Source of the DNA: Schizochytrium sp. TIO01
Lineage: Eukaryota; Protista; Bigyra: Labyrinthulomycetes
Length of the DNA: 64,000 nt
NCBI GenBank assembly: GCA_004764695.1
Contig: SMSO01000032.1
Coordinates: forward strand, 3,194,483-3,258,482
Reading direction: 5' to 3'
Shown here: positions 61,433-64,000 of the stretch, piece after piece
How the letters are laid out: each line of letters starts with the position of its first letter
Position numbering within the stretch: the first letter of the stretch is position 1
Notes under the pieces: generated by a model
Database searches by the model: none
What the model saw: the letters and a program-made list of their open reading frames with translations, nothing else
What the model was told of the DNA's origin: nothing
Translations under genes and position numbers: made by a program

Positions 61433-61759
61433 TTATGAGCGCTTGCAGAGCTCAACAACGGCACGGAAGCTGAACGGTTCAGAGATAGCCATGTCAGCGA
61501 GCACCTTGCGGTTGAGCTCGACATGCGTCTGGTTGAGCTGGTGCATAAAGTTAGAGTAGGTCATGCCGTGCTCGCGGACGCCAGCGTTAACCTGCTGAAT
61601 CCAGAGAGCGCGGGCATCGCGCTTCTTCTCCTTACGGTTCCTGTAGCTGTGCTCCAGTGCCTTGTCCACACGGTTGAACACCGTGCGCCGGCAGTTCTTC
61701 GACTTGCCGCGGTAGCCCTTGGCAAGGGTCAGGTACTTTGCAAGCTTTCCGCTGGTCAT
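61433..61759 (-). CDS. MRPL20: Mitochondrial ribosomal protein bL20
   Basis: LAKGYRG, R.LWI..VNAGVREHGMTYS.F and LNRKVLADMAISEP.SF are L20 signatures. Confidence 0.93.
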   Translation of the reverse strand: MTSGKLAKYLTLAKGYRGKSKNCRRTVFNRVDKALEHSYRNRKEKKRDARALWIQQVNAGVREHGMTYSNFMHQLNQTHVELNRKVLADMAISEPFSFRAVVELCKRS

Positions 61760-62543
61760 CTTTACTGTCCTTGTTGTTGGTTAACCCAAGCAACCTTCAA
61801 AAACCACCAACAAGAATGGAGGAGCACCCAAATCAAGCCCACGACGCCCTCGCGCCGAAGCTCGTCAACAGAAAGCGCTCTAAAAGAGGCCTCGCTCGCT
61901 GTCTTTATCGTCTGCCTTTTCTCCTCTTCTCGATCACCATCACTGTCGCAGCCACTGCCCCCCTTCAAGCACCCTCGCCGCGGTGTGAACAACGCATATT
62001 CAAGACTAAGCTGTATATCTTATTCTTATACCAGTCTCAAGACCGTTCGCATATCAACTCGATGGTGATGTCTTCGTTCAAGTTAATTTTGTAAATTAAA
62101 AATTAAAATTGAATTAAAATTTGTTTTCATTTTCATTAGGACTACTGCTGTTATTTTATATTGCTCGTAGTACTTTTTTTATTTCTCAAGTGCTTATTGC
62201 ACATTTAGGTAACTGCTACTATCTATGTTTTAAAACGAGGGGCCAATGCCTGTATTGAAGAAGTAGCTTTTACGGTAAGAGTACCTCGCAGCTAGAAACT
62301 CTCTTTTAAAGGAAAGCGCAGATAGATAGATATAAATGGGTTTTGCAGCAACAATCTTCGAACTCGTCCATTAACACATAGGTACCTGGCATATGAGCAA
62401 AGAACCTTGAAGCACTGAAGGGTAAAATCAATTTGAGCGTGAGCAAGGAAGAAGCCAAGAAAAGGAATCTGGACTAGTGGGTCGAATGTTTTGAGACAGC
62501 AGAACGGAAAGTCTTGCAGGCTTTGCAAGTCTGGTTGAGAGAA

Positions 62544-63740
62544 ATGGTGCGCCAGAGCGTCGCGAGGAAGCTTGGGTCAGTGTACTCCACGAAACAATGG
62601 TTTATTGAGTACAACGGGAACCTCTCCAATCACTTAGCGCATGGCGTTATTGCGCTGGAACACTTGGGAGCAAGCGATGACAGAATCCAAGAGTTTGTGC
62701 AGGTTTATGAGCAGCGCACCAAACTTCGCCCTGCAGAAAATGTGTTGCAAGAAGCTGATCAAAGATTGAACATCAAACAGTTTGAGCGTGGTCTTGTGGG
62801 AGCCCGCAGAAATTTTTATGGTCTCCAAGAGTTTTATGCGCAAGCTTTTGCAGAAAACGGCCGCGACCAAGTTATTCGGGAATACCTGCCACAAACCCTT
62901 CGTGGAATGAGCGGAGCTTTGTTGCACAACATGATACATCTTGGTTATGGATACCGTTCGCAGGCTGAGCACATTGTGCTTGAAGGCATGGCGTACATGC
63001 ATCACTCTTGCTTACCTCTTGCAAAATCCATCGATGAGTTTACAGAAAGGACCATATCGTCATCATTATCCTCCTCTCAAGCTCCTACAGCTAGCTTTGA
63101 CGAGTTTGTTGATTCGTTTATCACCAGTATGAACCGTATGCGCTCGGAAGGAAAAATTACAGACCTTCTCCAGACTCGCTGCCATGAAGCTGATGATTGG
63201 AGTAATTCACGCCCGCAGAATCAGTTGCGTCTGATTAGCCTACATGGCATTGAGTTACTTGATGATCTTACACGGGACATCCCTTTGACCCCAAGCATCT
63301 CCTGGTACGTAGATCTTCTGATCAAGGTTTTGGTTGAGACAACTTATGTTAGAGAGACAGGTAAGGACGCGCAATATGACTTTGTTCTACTCCATGGAGC
63401 CACTTGCTCTTGGGCTCTGCACCAATTGGAGCATCTTATGGATGCTCGCTATGCACAATACTGTTTGGCAAACACCCTGTTCGCGGTATTGGCAATTCAG
63501 GGGATTCCTCACTTGGAATCCTGTGAAATTCATCAAACTCATGCGCCATGGGAAGAACTTTTACCTGCTCTTGTTGCCAGAGATCTTGATGAGCATGCAT
63601 ACAAACTCGGTGCTGTTGCACATGAGAGATTTCTTTCTTGTGATGCTAACTGCCCTGGAGAACTTTACAAACAAGCGTGTAGTATTGTGACACACCTTGG
63701 ATCAACTCTCCAGCCCGTCCAGTCTTTTTCGTCTCTTTAA
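62544..63740 (+). CDS. Questin oxidase-like / AflY-HypA family (DUF4243) oxidoreductase, 398 aa
   Basis: First ATG at 62544. Motifs NHLAHG..AL..LGA, LLH..IHLGYG, EGMAY, DFVLLHGAT and DEHAYKL. Confidence 0.8.
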   Translation: MVRQSVARKLGSVYSTKQWFIEYNGNLSNHLAHGVIALEHLGASDDRIQEFVQVYEQRTKLRPAENVLQEADQRLNIKQFERGLVGARRNFYGLQEFYAQAFAENGRDQVIREYLPQTLRGMSGALLHNMIHLGYGYRSQAEHIVLEGMAYMHHSCLPLAKSIDEFTERTISSSLSSSQAPTASFDEFVDSFITSMNRMRSEGKITDLLQTRCHEADDWSNSRPQNQLRLISLHGIELLDDLTRDIPLTPSISWYVDLLIKVLVETTYVRETGKDAQYDFVLLHGATCSWALHQLEHLMDARYAQYCLANTLFAVLAIQGIPHLESCEIHQTHAPWEELLPALVARDLDEHAYKLGAVAHERFLSCDANCPGELYKQACSIVTHLGSTLQPVQSFSSL

Positions 63741-64000
63741 GCTACGAACATGGTTTTAATTCTTGCATAACCACGACACTTTTTCAGATTATAGCTGATG
63801 TAGTAGCAGCGACTTTTAAAAAATGGTATTGCACCTGTATGCCTAGGATACATATTTTTATTTTTGGTTTTATTCTTTCTTTGAAAAATACTAATTAAAT
63901 AATCAATAATTAAATCATGGGTAGCTAAGCTTTCTCAAACTAGCTAGATTGGCACAATCATTTCTAGTCAAAGACCTCCATAGTTTTTAGGCACAGGAGA

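Overview
Eukaryotic DNA, most likely a chromosome-end region of a thraustochytrid (Labyrinthulomycetes, Aurantiochytrium/Schizochytrium-like, judged from the 18S sequence). Layout: three families of long tandem repeats (1-5.6 kb); one minus-strand 18S-5.8S-28S unit (6.6-12.1 kb); a ~385-bp tandem array (16.4-24.1 kb); 5S rRNA; tRNA-Gly; then single-ORF genes (PT-repeat/Apple/vWA adhesin, EF-hand+RGS protein, Aladin, CCCH zinc finger, cytochrome c peroxidase, SET protein, mitochondrial L20, questin-oxidase-like). Main discovery, invisible in the ORF track: the 385-bp array is an intact 22-exon minus-strand gene predicted to encode 688 aa. Each repeat unit holds one 84-nt phase-2/phase-2 exon coding one 28-aa RI/NLRC3-type LRR. 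The introns are nearly identical, whereas three codons on the predicted ligand-binding face are hypervariable and appear shuffled between units. This looks like a diversifying, immune-receptor-like LRR cassette between the rDNA unit and the 5S gene. All splicing and function statements are predictions from manual reading of the sequence.
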